Positions 38,381-49,923 of a stretch of DNA of 64,000 bases are shown piece by piece. This DNA comes from Amphiscolops sp. MND2022 (lineage: Eukaryota). The DNA lies in the NCBI GenBank assembly GCA_964187785.1, contig OZ076409.1:58778001-58842000 (forward strand), read 5' to 3'. Below the pieces are notes generated by a model. The model made no database searches. It was not told the DNA's origin and saw only the letters and a program-made list of their open reading frames with translations. Position 1 is the first letter of the stretch, and each line of letters opens with the position of its first letter. A program made the translations under genes and the position numbers.

Positions 38381-38895
38381 AGTCGGCGCTTTTCGAAGTG
38401 ACTTTTAGAAGTGACTTCTTTTTTTTTAAGACCAACGAACTGACAGATTTTATAAAGAGTTATAAATAGCTGAGCTGACTTCACTGCACTAACAGTAACT
38501 GCAACGCTAGCTATCACTGCTGGCACTTGGCATAGAGGTTAATTAAGCTTTTTGAGGTCCGCCAAGCAGAAGGACGTGGGTTCGAGTCCCGTCCTTGATC
38601 AAATTTTCTTTGTGCAGGTTTTTTTCGGCTTTGTGAGACTTTTTTCGCAAATTTTTTTGATGTCTCCAAAGGGTCCACCCTTCATTTTTTTTCTATTTTG
38701 CATAAGAATGGATGTTCAAAACCTCCCAAAGGGCCCCTTTTACAATTTTTCGGCACTATGCGACTTACCGGAGACCAAAAAATTTCGAAAAAAAAATTCA
38801 AAAAAATTCGGATTTTTTTAAAAATTTTTCCTCACGCGGGTACTGTAGAAGAGAATACTTGACACTTTGAAGTCCTTTTGCTATTTTTGAGCCTT
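38381..38895 (+). mobile_element. HINE/DINE-like subfamily copy carrying a tRNA-like segment
   Basis: TTTTT-AGTCGGCGCTT start, AAAGGGTCC units, conserved GACACTTTGAAGTCCTTTTGCTATTTTTGAGCC 3' block; A/B-box-like insert at 38528-38597. Confidence 0.65.
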
Positions 38896-39817
38896 ATTCT
38901 AGTCTCTAGCCTGGAAACGAAACGACACTATAAGAAACGAAACGACACTATAAAAGCCGTGTTTTTTTTCAATCCTGTCAAAGTGACCATTTTTCAAAAA
39001 AAAGTCAAAGAAGTCCATTTTTTCAAAAAGATCCTCCTTTATTTTTTGATAGTTTCAATTATGAAGAATTCTTTTTTGCCAATTTGAGTTTTCCGGCGCT
39101 GTGCAATTTTTGTTTGGGGGGAAACTCCAGTCCTCTAAATGGTATTTGCATTGGTTTTTCGACGTTTTTAGAGAGGGAGGAGTTATTCTATGCTCAAAAC
39201 CCCTATGACTCTTTCGGCACTGTGAGGCTGGGATTCTGTTTACAAATAGGATTTCTAGTACTTTTGCGCTTTTCGAGCTTTAGGTGGGCGCCGACTTCTA
39301 CTGTTCACTGCTTTTTATATATAACTTTTATAAATTCTCTTAGTTGCGGGAGGACGGGTCACATATAACTTGAGCGAGTATAAGAAAAATATAGCAAAGA
39401 GATGAATTTTTTCTGTACATGGATCAAGGAATCTTATGAAACTACGTACTATGTTTCATCATTGCATTAAACGTCAGACTGAAACATACAGGTTTTCCAA
39501 CGGTGGAGTGAAAACCAGGCAAAACTTAGAGACAGACTACCCAACAATTTTGCTGTTGAAAAGTGCTGTCATCACCCAGTATTCTCAATTTACCAAAGAC
39601 AACCGATCAAGTTTTTACATCAGTTAAGCATTCAACGATATTATTCATGACCATTTGAAGATTTCTATAGTTCAAGAATAATCATGGATGACTATTCATT
39701 CTTGCATTGATGATCATGGATGACCATCTATGCTTGCAGTGACTATTATGGACGAGAAACTATGTGTCGCAGGCTGCCTCCTGTGACATTTATATGTCTC
39801 GTTTGATCTTCGGTCCA

Positions 39818-40010
39818 CCAGACTACAGCCATATACTGCGTGCCAATTTAAACGAACTTGGGACCGACAGTCAAACCGACTACAACAATTTACTGATTGC
39901 CTATTTAAACGAACTTGGGACCGACAGTCAAACCGACTACAGCAGTATTTTGATTGCCTAATAAAACGAATTTGGGACTGACAGTCAATCGGACTACAGG
40001 AACATACTGA
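39818..40010 (+). repeat. 57-bp minisatellite, ~3.3 units
   Basis: Unit contains TTTAAACGAACTTGGGACCGACAGTCAAACCGACTACA; period 57. Confidence 0.9.
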
Positions 40011-41899
40011 AAACACTTAATTTTAGTCATGAAAGATTAGTTTTATGATTTTATAAGAGTGTTCACATGTAAAAGAGTACTTCCTTTAGCTGTGTTCAAT
40101 AACGAAGCTGTAAATGTAAAGAATTTGAATAATTTGCAGTGGTACTTGACGTAAAATGCTTTCAATTGGTACTTTGCTCTAGTCTAGTTGACACGTGGTC
40201 CAAATTCAATTAGTGACCAATCACAGTGCTGCTAGTTTTACTACTGTAGTCATACGGACTGTCAATCCACTATGCTATTTCAGTTCGCTGTTTGATGTCT
40301 CAGCGAACTGAAGTTGTTTTCATCCGTTTTTGCTGTTGTTCAGACGAGTTGTTATACCTATAGTTCTCAATAATATATTCTTGAAAGAATACTGCTTTCT
40401 TATGCATGCCCTATATTATGAGACAGAAAGCTTCAATTGTGAGGGAAATAAACGCTGTATTTGAAGAGAAAATCATTCACCAGACTCACGTTAACCTGGT
40501 AGCGCTCAAAGAGGAATTTAGCGCAAAAGTGGACCTTCGGTCCGCGGGAGGGTACTGGAACCACAAAGTCGAGTTATGTGCAAAAGTGACGTTCGGTCAG
40601 ACGGACTGTAACGGAGCCCCGAAGCTGAAATTAGTTGCAAAGGGCATCAAAATCACTCCAAAAATGAATGTAAACAATGTAACAGCAATCACTATAGCAG
40701 AGAGAATTCAATAGATATCGAAATAATGGTTTTAGTTAAGAGTATGATATCGTGATTTGTCCTGATTGATGAAGACTTACGATTTCAACGCGAAATTCGC
40801 ATTACGTGAGAGGCTTTTGACAGGCTGGTTTTCGTCAAAAAGGTTGATATAAATTGTAGGCTGCAATAACAAGTGCAGAATTGATTGACTGATTCTGAAG
40901 TTTTAGAGTTCAGAAAAGCCTAGGATAATGTGTTATAAAAAATTGATTGATAATTGCTTTGAAATATCAAAATCAAGAGCACAGTTGGAAAGCAGCTTGC
41001 GCCGTGGACTGATTTAGTTAGATGCGAACAAAACTTCACTCCAGGGACAAAAATCCACTTGTGAACTTACATTGTAGGGTGCATTCTCGAATAGTAGTTG
41101 TGCTCCTTTGGTGTCCTAATTGGAAGTTGTTTAGCCTTTCAGACTTATTTGTTTATGTAGTCTGTACATCCAATTAAATTACGGGATCCCTCCTTTATCG
41201 CGAAGCGCTTCGTTTCTGCTAAAATGAAAGGGGCCCTTCGGTGTTCCAAAATTTTCAAAAAAAGTCTCGAAAACCCCAATGGGGGCGGTCTAGGAAGACG
41301 AGCAGCATCTCGCAAAGAATTTCGCATTACCCTTCAGGCCAAGTGGCGTTTGAATTGATGGGTAGTTAGAGAATTCTGTATGGCAAAAACTGGTTTAAAA
41401 AATAAACTAAATTCCTCTGCTAAAACAAAGGTTTTCCGTTTTCTCAATAAACAAAAATTTTTGTTTTAGCGGGGGGATTTCTTTTAGCCTGGAAAATAAT
41501 CGTGTTTCAATCCAAAAACGCAAGCGGTATTTCAATTCGTATGACCGTTAAAACAGCATGCAAGTGACATGCAAAAGCTTCAACTACTAAAGAAAGCATC
41601 TGGGCGATACAATCAAAAAGTTGAAAACTCTCGATTTCGCAGACAAAAATATTCAAATGGGCAATTATGATTTACATAGTCAATAGACACAAGAGCCCAA
41701 GTTCTAAACCTTTCTCAAATTTTGATCCGAATCACAGGATAATAAAACAGAAATAAAAGTTGAAACAGATTCATTTGGAACTTAACGTTTTTCGAAATTA
41801 CATGCTTACATGACTGTTACGGTACAAACGATTTAGCCTTAAATTACGGAACGGGAGTACAGGAGCGAGTTTCACGACAGGGCAGACAGTCTTTCCAGT

Positions 41900-42540
41900 T
41901 GCGGTCTTTTGTTCGACAGAGCGGGCAACGGTCTCTGGCGTAGTTTGAAACAACAACACGTGAAAGCAGGGTAAATTCCTCGTGGACTAGTAATCTCGAC
42001 AATCAAGGCAAGTTCTTGGGTCTTGAGATCTCGATCTTACTGGGCGGACCTGCGAGCACCGGTTAAGCGAAGGAAATTGAAATTCTAGCGAACGGTCCCA
42101 AATTACATCTGAATACTTGGGCATGTGTTTCCGGTTTTGCATTCCTTTTTGATGCGACGGAGTTTCGGGGTCCCACGGTTGCCGACAAAAAACGTTTTAG
42201 GTCAACGCATCCAAATTCGAGTGTTGGAATTAAATAGGTCTGACTCCGGTCTACAAGACAGAAGATCGTCCTTAGTATAAAAGGCGGAGTTCAGGGATGG
42301 CTTTGAACAAGTGTTTGAAGCATATTAGGATCCGTTGTCAGATACCTCACTGCTGGGAGGTACTTCAGAATTGAACTTCGAGAAGATCTGTTTTTCCACT
42401 AAGGCTTATGACAAAACCTATTTAATTCCACGTCGACACGTATTCTAACAATTCTCTTTCGCTGGCAAGGAGTTTTTTTACAATTTTCAAACTAGAAAAC
42501 TGATGGTACCCCTCGACAGGCAGCGAACGTCCTTTGTCGC
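41900..42540 (+). mobile_element. Heavily decayed LINE (CR1/L2-like) RT fragment
   Basis: Ordered motif remnants ANGP (xxGPD), TPVYKTEDR (PVYKKGD), TKAYDK (KAFD) across frameshifts. Confidence 0.45.
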
Positions 42541-42544
42541 AATG

Positions 42545-43990
42545 CAAGTGAGAAGGAATTTTCGTCAATTCTCAGTCGTTTTTGTTTCACGGCTACGTAA
42601 AATGGAGCAAAATATTCCATTCCAGTATGCGTGAATGGAAGCTCTGGAGGTCGTACATCATCGGGTTGGAAGGTTCCGCTCGATGTTGTGGTAAGTTACA
42701 CATTTGAAAACAATTAACTACACTGCAGTTCTGAGCTTGCCGATGACCAGCTGCTGCTGCTCCAACTCCTTCAAGTAGTCGAAAACGTAGTGGCAACGAG
42801 TTTTGTGGTGTTGTTCTATGTACTATCGTACGGCGGGATGACAACTGTCCAGTAAAGCTGGGTGTTTTACATCAAAACTGGAAGCTCAATTTGTTTTGTT
42901 TGGTCGATTGCTCGCAGTGGACTTTGAGGCACCGTATAAGGGGAGAATTGAAAATTTTGAAGTTCCGACGGTGGACGGTTCTAGCAAGCACTATGCTGCG
43001 ACGGGAAATGACTCTCGTTGGACGAAATAGAAAAGTGCTATTCGATCTTTCATCGTATCATTAGGATTAGTTGTAAAGCCTGGGTACATTTCGTTTTTTT
43101 AAATTAGGTGCAAAGTGTACATGACAATGCGCAGAATTTTCCTCGAACTAGCAATACTTCTGCCACTCGAGATATGTCGAGATGTTGCGCCCGAAGCTGT
43201 CAGAGATTCCGAAGTTACGCCCGAAGCTGTCAGAGATTCCGAAGTTTCTGCCCTCAATTAGGTGTGTCTGACAATTGTTCGCTGACAATTGGATCTCAAA
43301 TTCTTTCGGTGGTTTGAACGACCAGTCATGTGTTTGCAGGAATGAAGGACTTTTGAGCCATGATTTACGGAGTGAATTAGCTGAAAGACCACGCGTTACT
43401 GCATCAGCGGGTATATCACTTTATTCGTAGTTCCTTTCACCCACCATTGTTAGATCGAGCTTTTCAGCAATACAGTTGGTTGCAAACCCCGGTTGCTTTC
43501 CTAATGAATGGACCCACTGGAGCCACTTTGTCTGTTCACATGGAAGTGCTGTCCAATCTCTCCATCCTTGCAATCTGGATTTCTTTTCAGAATCGAGTGG
43601 CAAACAACTAGGCTAGTAAGTCTTGTTTTGGGCTGGTAAGGTTGTTGATGGGTGCCACTCCAGCATTCTGAGGAGGAAAGCTAACGCAAAGTTGTAACTA
43701 GTCGCGGTGGCAACTTTCCCTCGTAGTAAAGGAAAGGCACTGAAAACATCTTCAGAGCGGTCATCGAAAATACGAAAATGTTTCGATTTTTTTTGAAGTG
43801 ACTCCACGGGATTTCAATTTCTCCCAAAGTTGAATTAACTCTGCTCCATTCTTTGAAGTTGGTTACAATATCGTTCGGCACATAGTCAACCTACGCTTGA
43901 CTGCCCAACTTCCATATGCCTATCAACAACAGTCTTGCTTGGACGCTGTACGGAGCAACGAGGACAATTGGATTGCAAACGGCTGATACT
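42545..43990 (-). mobile_element. Bel/Pao LTR retrotransposon pol fragment (RNase H to integrase)
   Basis: IFDDRSEDVFSA; LQWVHSLGKQPGFATN; ADAVTRGLS; FDVKHPALLDSCHP; RAEPSNPMMYDL; PFTHTGMEYFAPFYV match Bel/Pao motifs (NPADxxTRG, KHPILL, PFxxxGVDYFGP) in the correct order. Confidence 0.88.
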
Positions 43991-45929
43991 GAGCTCAGTA
44001 CTTTGATTTTTTTTGGTTTCTTCTGAACTTTGTTTGAAAAATTTTTGAAGGCAAACGACTTTTCAACCTACTTCGTTCCGTTCATATGTTGCTGGTAGAT
44101 TCAACTTAAAATTCAAGATATCGCATTTTTGCTGAAATTTTCAATGGTCACTAAAACGCGTCCCTATCATAAAGTTTTACTATCAGCTTCAGTTTCCTGG
44201 ATATAGTTTTATAGCGATGGTTTTGTTTGATCATTCATGGCGGAGAATAACTTGAAAATCATTTTGGATGGTGGCGCATGATAGAAACCTAAAAACGTCA
44301 CCGATCATCTGCCATGACATTGTAAATAATCACATCATTAGGTCGACAATGTGGACGAAGTTCCGAGATTTTACAAGGTTGGTCAAAAAGGGTCAGAATG
44401 AAAATCAATAGTACAAAAATATATTGCGCAGTGTAGAAGTTACTAAATATTTCCTTGAAAAGCAAGCATGAAAATTTTGAATGTTAACTTCATGATTCAC
44501 TATTCATATGAAATATCTCACTGCATTCAACGGTAATAAAATTTCTCGTTTTAGTTGGCAGTTACGAAGTGAAATGCCGCTCTTAACGAGGCTTGCGGTC
44601 GTGTTTTTTTCCGCCCATATTCCGTATGGGAAAGGAAAATATTTAAGTCAAACGGGCTTTGCAAAGCAAGAACTTTATATTTTACTTATAGGGTGTTACC
44701 CATAGATGGATTTCGCATAAATATAACTTCATGCGATATGTATTTTTTTGAGGTTTTTGGCTCTTTTGGTTGACCCCAAAGACCCCAGAATAACACAAAA
44801 ATGGGAAATTTAGCAAAATGTCCTGTTTTTTTTGCAATTTTGTTTTCAAATTTTCGATAGACTTCGTGCATTAGAATATTGAAAACGCTCAACATGGCAC
44901 GAATTCATTGACCAGTGGACTTTTCCGAAGAGATAACTGCTGCTCTCTAATTAAAAAATATCTCGAATTGACACCGAAGTGGACAATAGAACAAAGTTTT
45001 CTAACTTTCAAATTTTGACAGACTACGTGAGTTGGAATGTTGAAAACTTTCATCAAGGTAAAACTTCGTTGTCCAGTAGTCTTTTATGAAAAAACAATTG
45101 CAGTTTTCGAAATGATCAGTGTCTCAAACTGGCCCCGAAAATAACAAAATGCATTTTTTCCTCTATTTTTCAAGTTTTTTATGCTTTTTTCGTCAAAATT
45201 TGACAGACAGCGTGGAGTAGAATGTTTAAAACAGGTCAACAAAGAAAACGTTGGTTGACCCGTAGTTTTTTATAATGAGACCTGTGTTGTCCAGAAAGCT
45301 TTAAAAAAAGTAAATTCAGTTTTTTAATGAGAAGTGTCTGAAAATGACATCGAAAAAAAAACAAAAAAAGTTTCCCCTTTTTACCAATTTTGTTCAATTT
45401 TTGCCAAACTATCGAAAGACTTCGAGAACTAGAACGTCAAAACCCTACCTTCATGTGCAATTTATGTGTACGTTTTGAATCGAATTAGAGTCACAATCAT
45501 GGCAAAAATTAATCAAAGATTGAACTCATGATTCAGTTGGCTTTCGAAGAAATATTTGCAGACTTCGGTTCAATATTGACAGCAAATATTCGATAGAAGT
45601 GTCGAACATTCTGTCAATTTGTAACAATTTCAGTCAGTTTTTATTTGGGATTGGAACATTTCGGGTAGCGAGAAGCTTCGAAAAGCTCCATATGATGAAA
45701 AGTGGTCCAACGGACGTGTTTCAAAGGACAATTTCAATTTTTTATGAACGAAAATTTCCTCAGGTTAACCCCAATAATGAAAAACTGATAAAATTCAAAT
45801 TAATTTTTTCTATGCAATTATTTTATTCAATGTTTGAGCTTCTTGCTTGCACACAATGGCTTGAAAATCTCAATAAAGACTAATCCCGGTATCCAGGTAT
45901 CCCGCTATCCCGGTATATTAAAGATAAAA

Positions 45930-47760
45930 CTGCAATTTTCTGTGGGAATTGGCTTCAAAATCACCTCAGATTCCAAAAAACGCCAGAAAGAACGTTTTTT
46001 GATAAATTAATCCTTATTTTTGTTCAAACCACGAAACGTTTTGTAGAATAGAACTAACTTTGATCCGAGCGTTGAAACAATAGGGTATTCAAAACGCAAT
46101 TTGAGAAAGATCGTAGGATTAAGTTCCTCCAGTTTACCACAAACTTTGGACTCTTTCCAAAAATTTGCTTGAAGATTAAAAGCGTAGCTAGCTACGGGTA
46201 GTGTTTTGAAACGACATCAGTCAAGTTATACTGTACAACTTTCAGAAACTATACTTGAGAACGTAAAATGCTTTTTCGATATTTTTGGTCAAGTGTTCGA
46301 GATTCATTTATGGAATTGCATTCTTATGAAGGATCGAAATACTGTAAAAACTGGAAATATTCAAATTTTCAACATATTTAGGAAATTTTTTGTAAAGTTC
46401 TGGATCCTCCTTGCAAAAAAGGGTTTAGAAAATTCAACAAAGTGACTACTCACTCTTGGTATCTAATAGGAGATTTGGATAATATAACTGCAAATTTTTG
46501 TTAGAATTGGCCTCTAAAACACCCAGTAATCCATGGAACAACATAAAAGCACGTTTGTTGACCAATTATAAATAATTTTTATTCGAATCACAAAAATTTT
46601 TGAAGAACCGAACACCATTGACCTGAGCGTTGAAACAAGACGGTTTTCAAAATGCATTTTCCAGCAGATCTGTTTTTCAACAAAAGCTTGTGGCAAAATC
46701 TGTTTAATTCCCCGTCGACACATAATGTAACAACTTTTTTTCGCTAGCAAGAATTTTAAAACATTTTTCAGACAACAAAGCAATGCTCTCGACTGGCAGC
46801 GAACATTTCTTGTTGCTAAGCAAGTAAGAAGGCATTCTCATTAATTCTCTGTCGTTCTTATTATACGGCTACGTAAAATGGAGCAAAATATTCCCTTCAA
46901 ATATACGTAAATGGAAGCTCTGCGAATGACGGTCTTTCACGTCGGAGGTCGTTCATCATCGGGTTGAAAGTTTCCGCTCGATGTTAAGGTAAGTTACACA
47001 TTTGGAAACAATTGACAACACTGTCGTTCTAAGCTTGCCTTTGACCAGCTGTTGCTGCACCAACGCCTTTAGGTAGTCGACATGGTAGTAGAAACAAGTT
47101 TCGTGGAGTTGTGCCAAGGACTATGGTACAGGGGAATTACGGCTGTTCAGTGAAGTTGGTTGTTCTACATCAAAAGTGGACTTTTGTCAGTTTTTGACAA
47201 AACAGTCCCAGCTTTAGACGCTTGCCGAAAAATTACTTGAAGATTGTAACGCGTAGCTACCGGTAGTGTTTTGAAACGATATCAGACAAGATTATTTGCA
47301 CAACTTTCAAAAACTTTACTGAAAAGTTTCGTGAAAAGCTTTTTCGATCTGTTTGGTCAAGTGTTCGGTATTCATTCATGAAATCGTTTCCTCAGAACGA
47401 TCCAAACACTGCAATAACTGAAAAATTTCAGAGTTTCAACATTTTTAGGAAATTTTTTGTAGATTGTTGGATATTCCTTGCAGAAAATGGTTTGCAAAAG
47501 TCGACAAAGTGACAACTCTGGCTATCTAATAGAAGATTTTGAAGATGTAACTGCAATTTTGTTGTTAGAATTGGCCTCAAAAACAGCCTGAAATCCATGA
47601 AACAACAAAAAAAGCACGTTTTATGACTAGTTAAAACCAATTTTTGTTCAAACCACAAAAATTTTTTAAGAACTGAACTTCAATTCACCTGAGCGTTGAA
47701 ACAAGAGGGTATTCAAAATGCAATTTGGGAACGAAGTGGAATGGAGTTCATCGAGTTCAC
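45930..47760 (+). repeat. Degenerate direct-repeat array, period ~557 bp, interrupted by the Bel/Pao fragment
   Basis: GAGCGTTGAAACAA recurs near 46067, 46625 and 47691; ~46185-46660 aligns with ~47253-47730. Confidence 0.75.
46760..47180 (-). mobile_element. Second Bel/Pao integrase fragment, homologous to 42545-42880
   Basis: Shared GGCTACGTAAAATGGAGCAAAATATTCC...TTCCGCTCGATGTT...GGTAAGTTACACATTTG. Confidence 0.85.
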
Positions 47761-47849
47761 TACGAAGATGTCAAAATTTTCGAGTTTAATCAGTTATCGA
47801 CAACAGAGTCCAACTTTCAGAAACTCTCCGAAAACTTAATTCAATTAGA

Positions 47850-48470
47850 AAACCCATAGGCTCAGGAATTTGGCGTTGGGTGTCGGTAGCTCCTCTCACC
47901 ATGTAAGGACTCCGATCCCTGTTGTTTCAAAGGTTACAGGCAGACCGCGAGTTCTTTTTTGTAAATTTAGATATGAACCCATTAGTCCCTTTTGTATTTT
48001 CCTTACTATTAGAGGACGAACTGTTCTCCGTGTCCCTATTCCCTGAAGATAACATTGAACTAACAGTGTTCTGAATTTCTGGAATTACTCTTTCAACTAT
48101 TGCCGTACTGATTGCTCTGTTTATTTGGCTATGCATCTTGGACATCATTGAGTCCATCTCCTGAGAGGTGAAAGTTTCCATTGTCTCTTGAAACCTGTCC
48201 TGTCTAGGAATCATGTTCTCATTGACATGGTGTCCAAGATCATTTTCATGGAAATCATTTTCACTAGGTTGCAAGTTAGACTCATTGTCACAGTGATTTT
48301 CCGAATGCCCAAATGTATTCGAAAGTTCTCGTCCAATTTGATTGACCTTGTCATTTCTAAGTACAACCACATATTTTCAAAATCGGACATCATGTCCATT
48401 TCCCTTTACTTTCTAGCTTTTTTTCGCTCTCCATTTTGTTTTTTTAAAATATTTGTAGTTAGAAAAAAGC
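47850..48470 (-). mobile_element. Frameshifted ORF fragment, possibly a retrotransposon gag-like leader
   Basis: Two overlapping frames join into one protein-like run (MDMMSDFENM / VVLRNDKVNQIGRELSN...SQINRAISTAIVERVIPEIQN); no diagnostic motif. Confidence 0.4.
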
Positions 48471-49923
48471 CCTTTCAAGCCTAAAGTGTGATCTGTGGGT
48501 TTTTTCATCATTGAGGATGGCAATGTTTCCTGTGAAAAGATTCCTTGACGCTTTGAAGTACTTTCACGATTTTGAGCTTAGAGCGGGGCGCCAAGTTATG
48601 TACGTGTTTCTTGCTTATTGATGTTCTCTTGACTAAGACTTATCAAATTCGAACACGAAGATTCTTCTGCTAGCATTAAATGTTTTTCCTTGCATCAACC
48701 ATTTTTCACGACCGACTGAATCGTTCATCTAATTCTCGATCATACTGAATAAATGTAGTTTCTAGCTTCATAGCTGGCAACGAAACGAGTTTTAACACAA
48801 ATAGTATATCTGAGGAATTCCATAAAAAGAAGCTCAATTTACCTGCTGAATTTTATTTACTTTTTCGCGCTTCCGTGTGTTCGTGTTGTTTTCGTTTTCC
48901 CATGAAAGTATGTTCATAGCAAGCAATTAGTCAAGCGCATTCCGTAAAAAGCGGCTTATTCATTTGTAAATTTCTGTGGTTGAACTAGATTGTTTGAATC
49001 CAGACTCAATATCCAAAAGTAGAAGCATAATTGAAACAGATGCTCAGTTCTACCAAATATTTTCACGCACCAAAAATATCAAAGCGCGAAAACCAATCCG
49101 TCGCAAGCTTGAATTGACAAGTTCATTCCGAGAGACCATCATTGTTGGTAAAATTCGCCGTGTGATAAACTGTACCAAAGCGTATACATTCTATTTGATG
49201 TTCTTTTTTCGCTCAGTCGTTTCTTGATTTGAATTTTGTCACCGCAAAAACGAATTGAAACCGATTGAAGCAAACAAATTTGTTCAAACCAGTACTCAGC
49301 ATCCTTTGCGCGGCAGCAATATATCTTTTACGTTGCTTCCTTACTCCTTTCACAGTTAAATTTGAGAAACATCGCGCACCATTATTTGCTTCCAAGAGCT
49401 CTTTGCAAAAAACAGGAAATTGCTTGACGGATCTCTATTTAGCGGCTTACCTCAGCACGTGCTTCGGTTATTTTTTCTTTTTCCCACAAACGTGAATTTT
49501 CGGAGGATAAAAATGGCACAAAATGGTAAGCTTTTGAAACATAATCAGTTACAAAAATTGGCCTGAAACAATTCTCGAACGCCTACGAGAATCTTGAAGT
49601 GACAGCATCTTAAATTTGAAGAAATTGAAAGTTCGGATACAAAATGCACCAAAATAATTGTTCTATCAAAAATGGTGCCTCAAAAAATTAAGATAATTGA
49701 TTCAAAGTCGGTCACCCATTTTTGAAAAGATATTCATGGTAGTGTCGTAGCGAATTTTATATTGAAACAAAAAGAAATTTAATATCTACCCGACCAATTC
49801 GTTTGAAAATTTAGATCAGACATTCTTTTTAGTTTTCTGCTTCTGTTTCGAAATCAAGTTTTGAATTGTGGGAATAAAGAAAAGAATTTTGCAGTGTTTT
49901 CTATGTGAGGTATTATCCAATCC

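Noticed and set aside
40406..40714. 102-aa ORF
   Set aside because: No motif; could be LINE ORF1 debris upstream of the RT relic, but this is unsupported.
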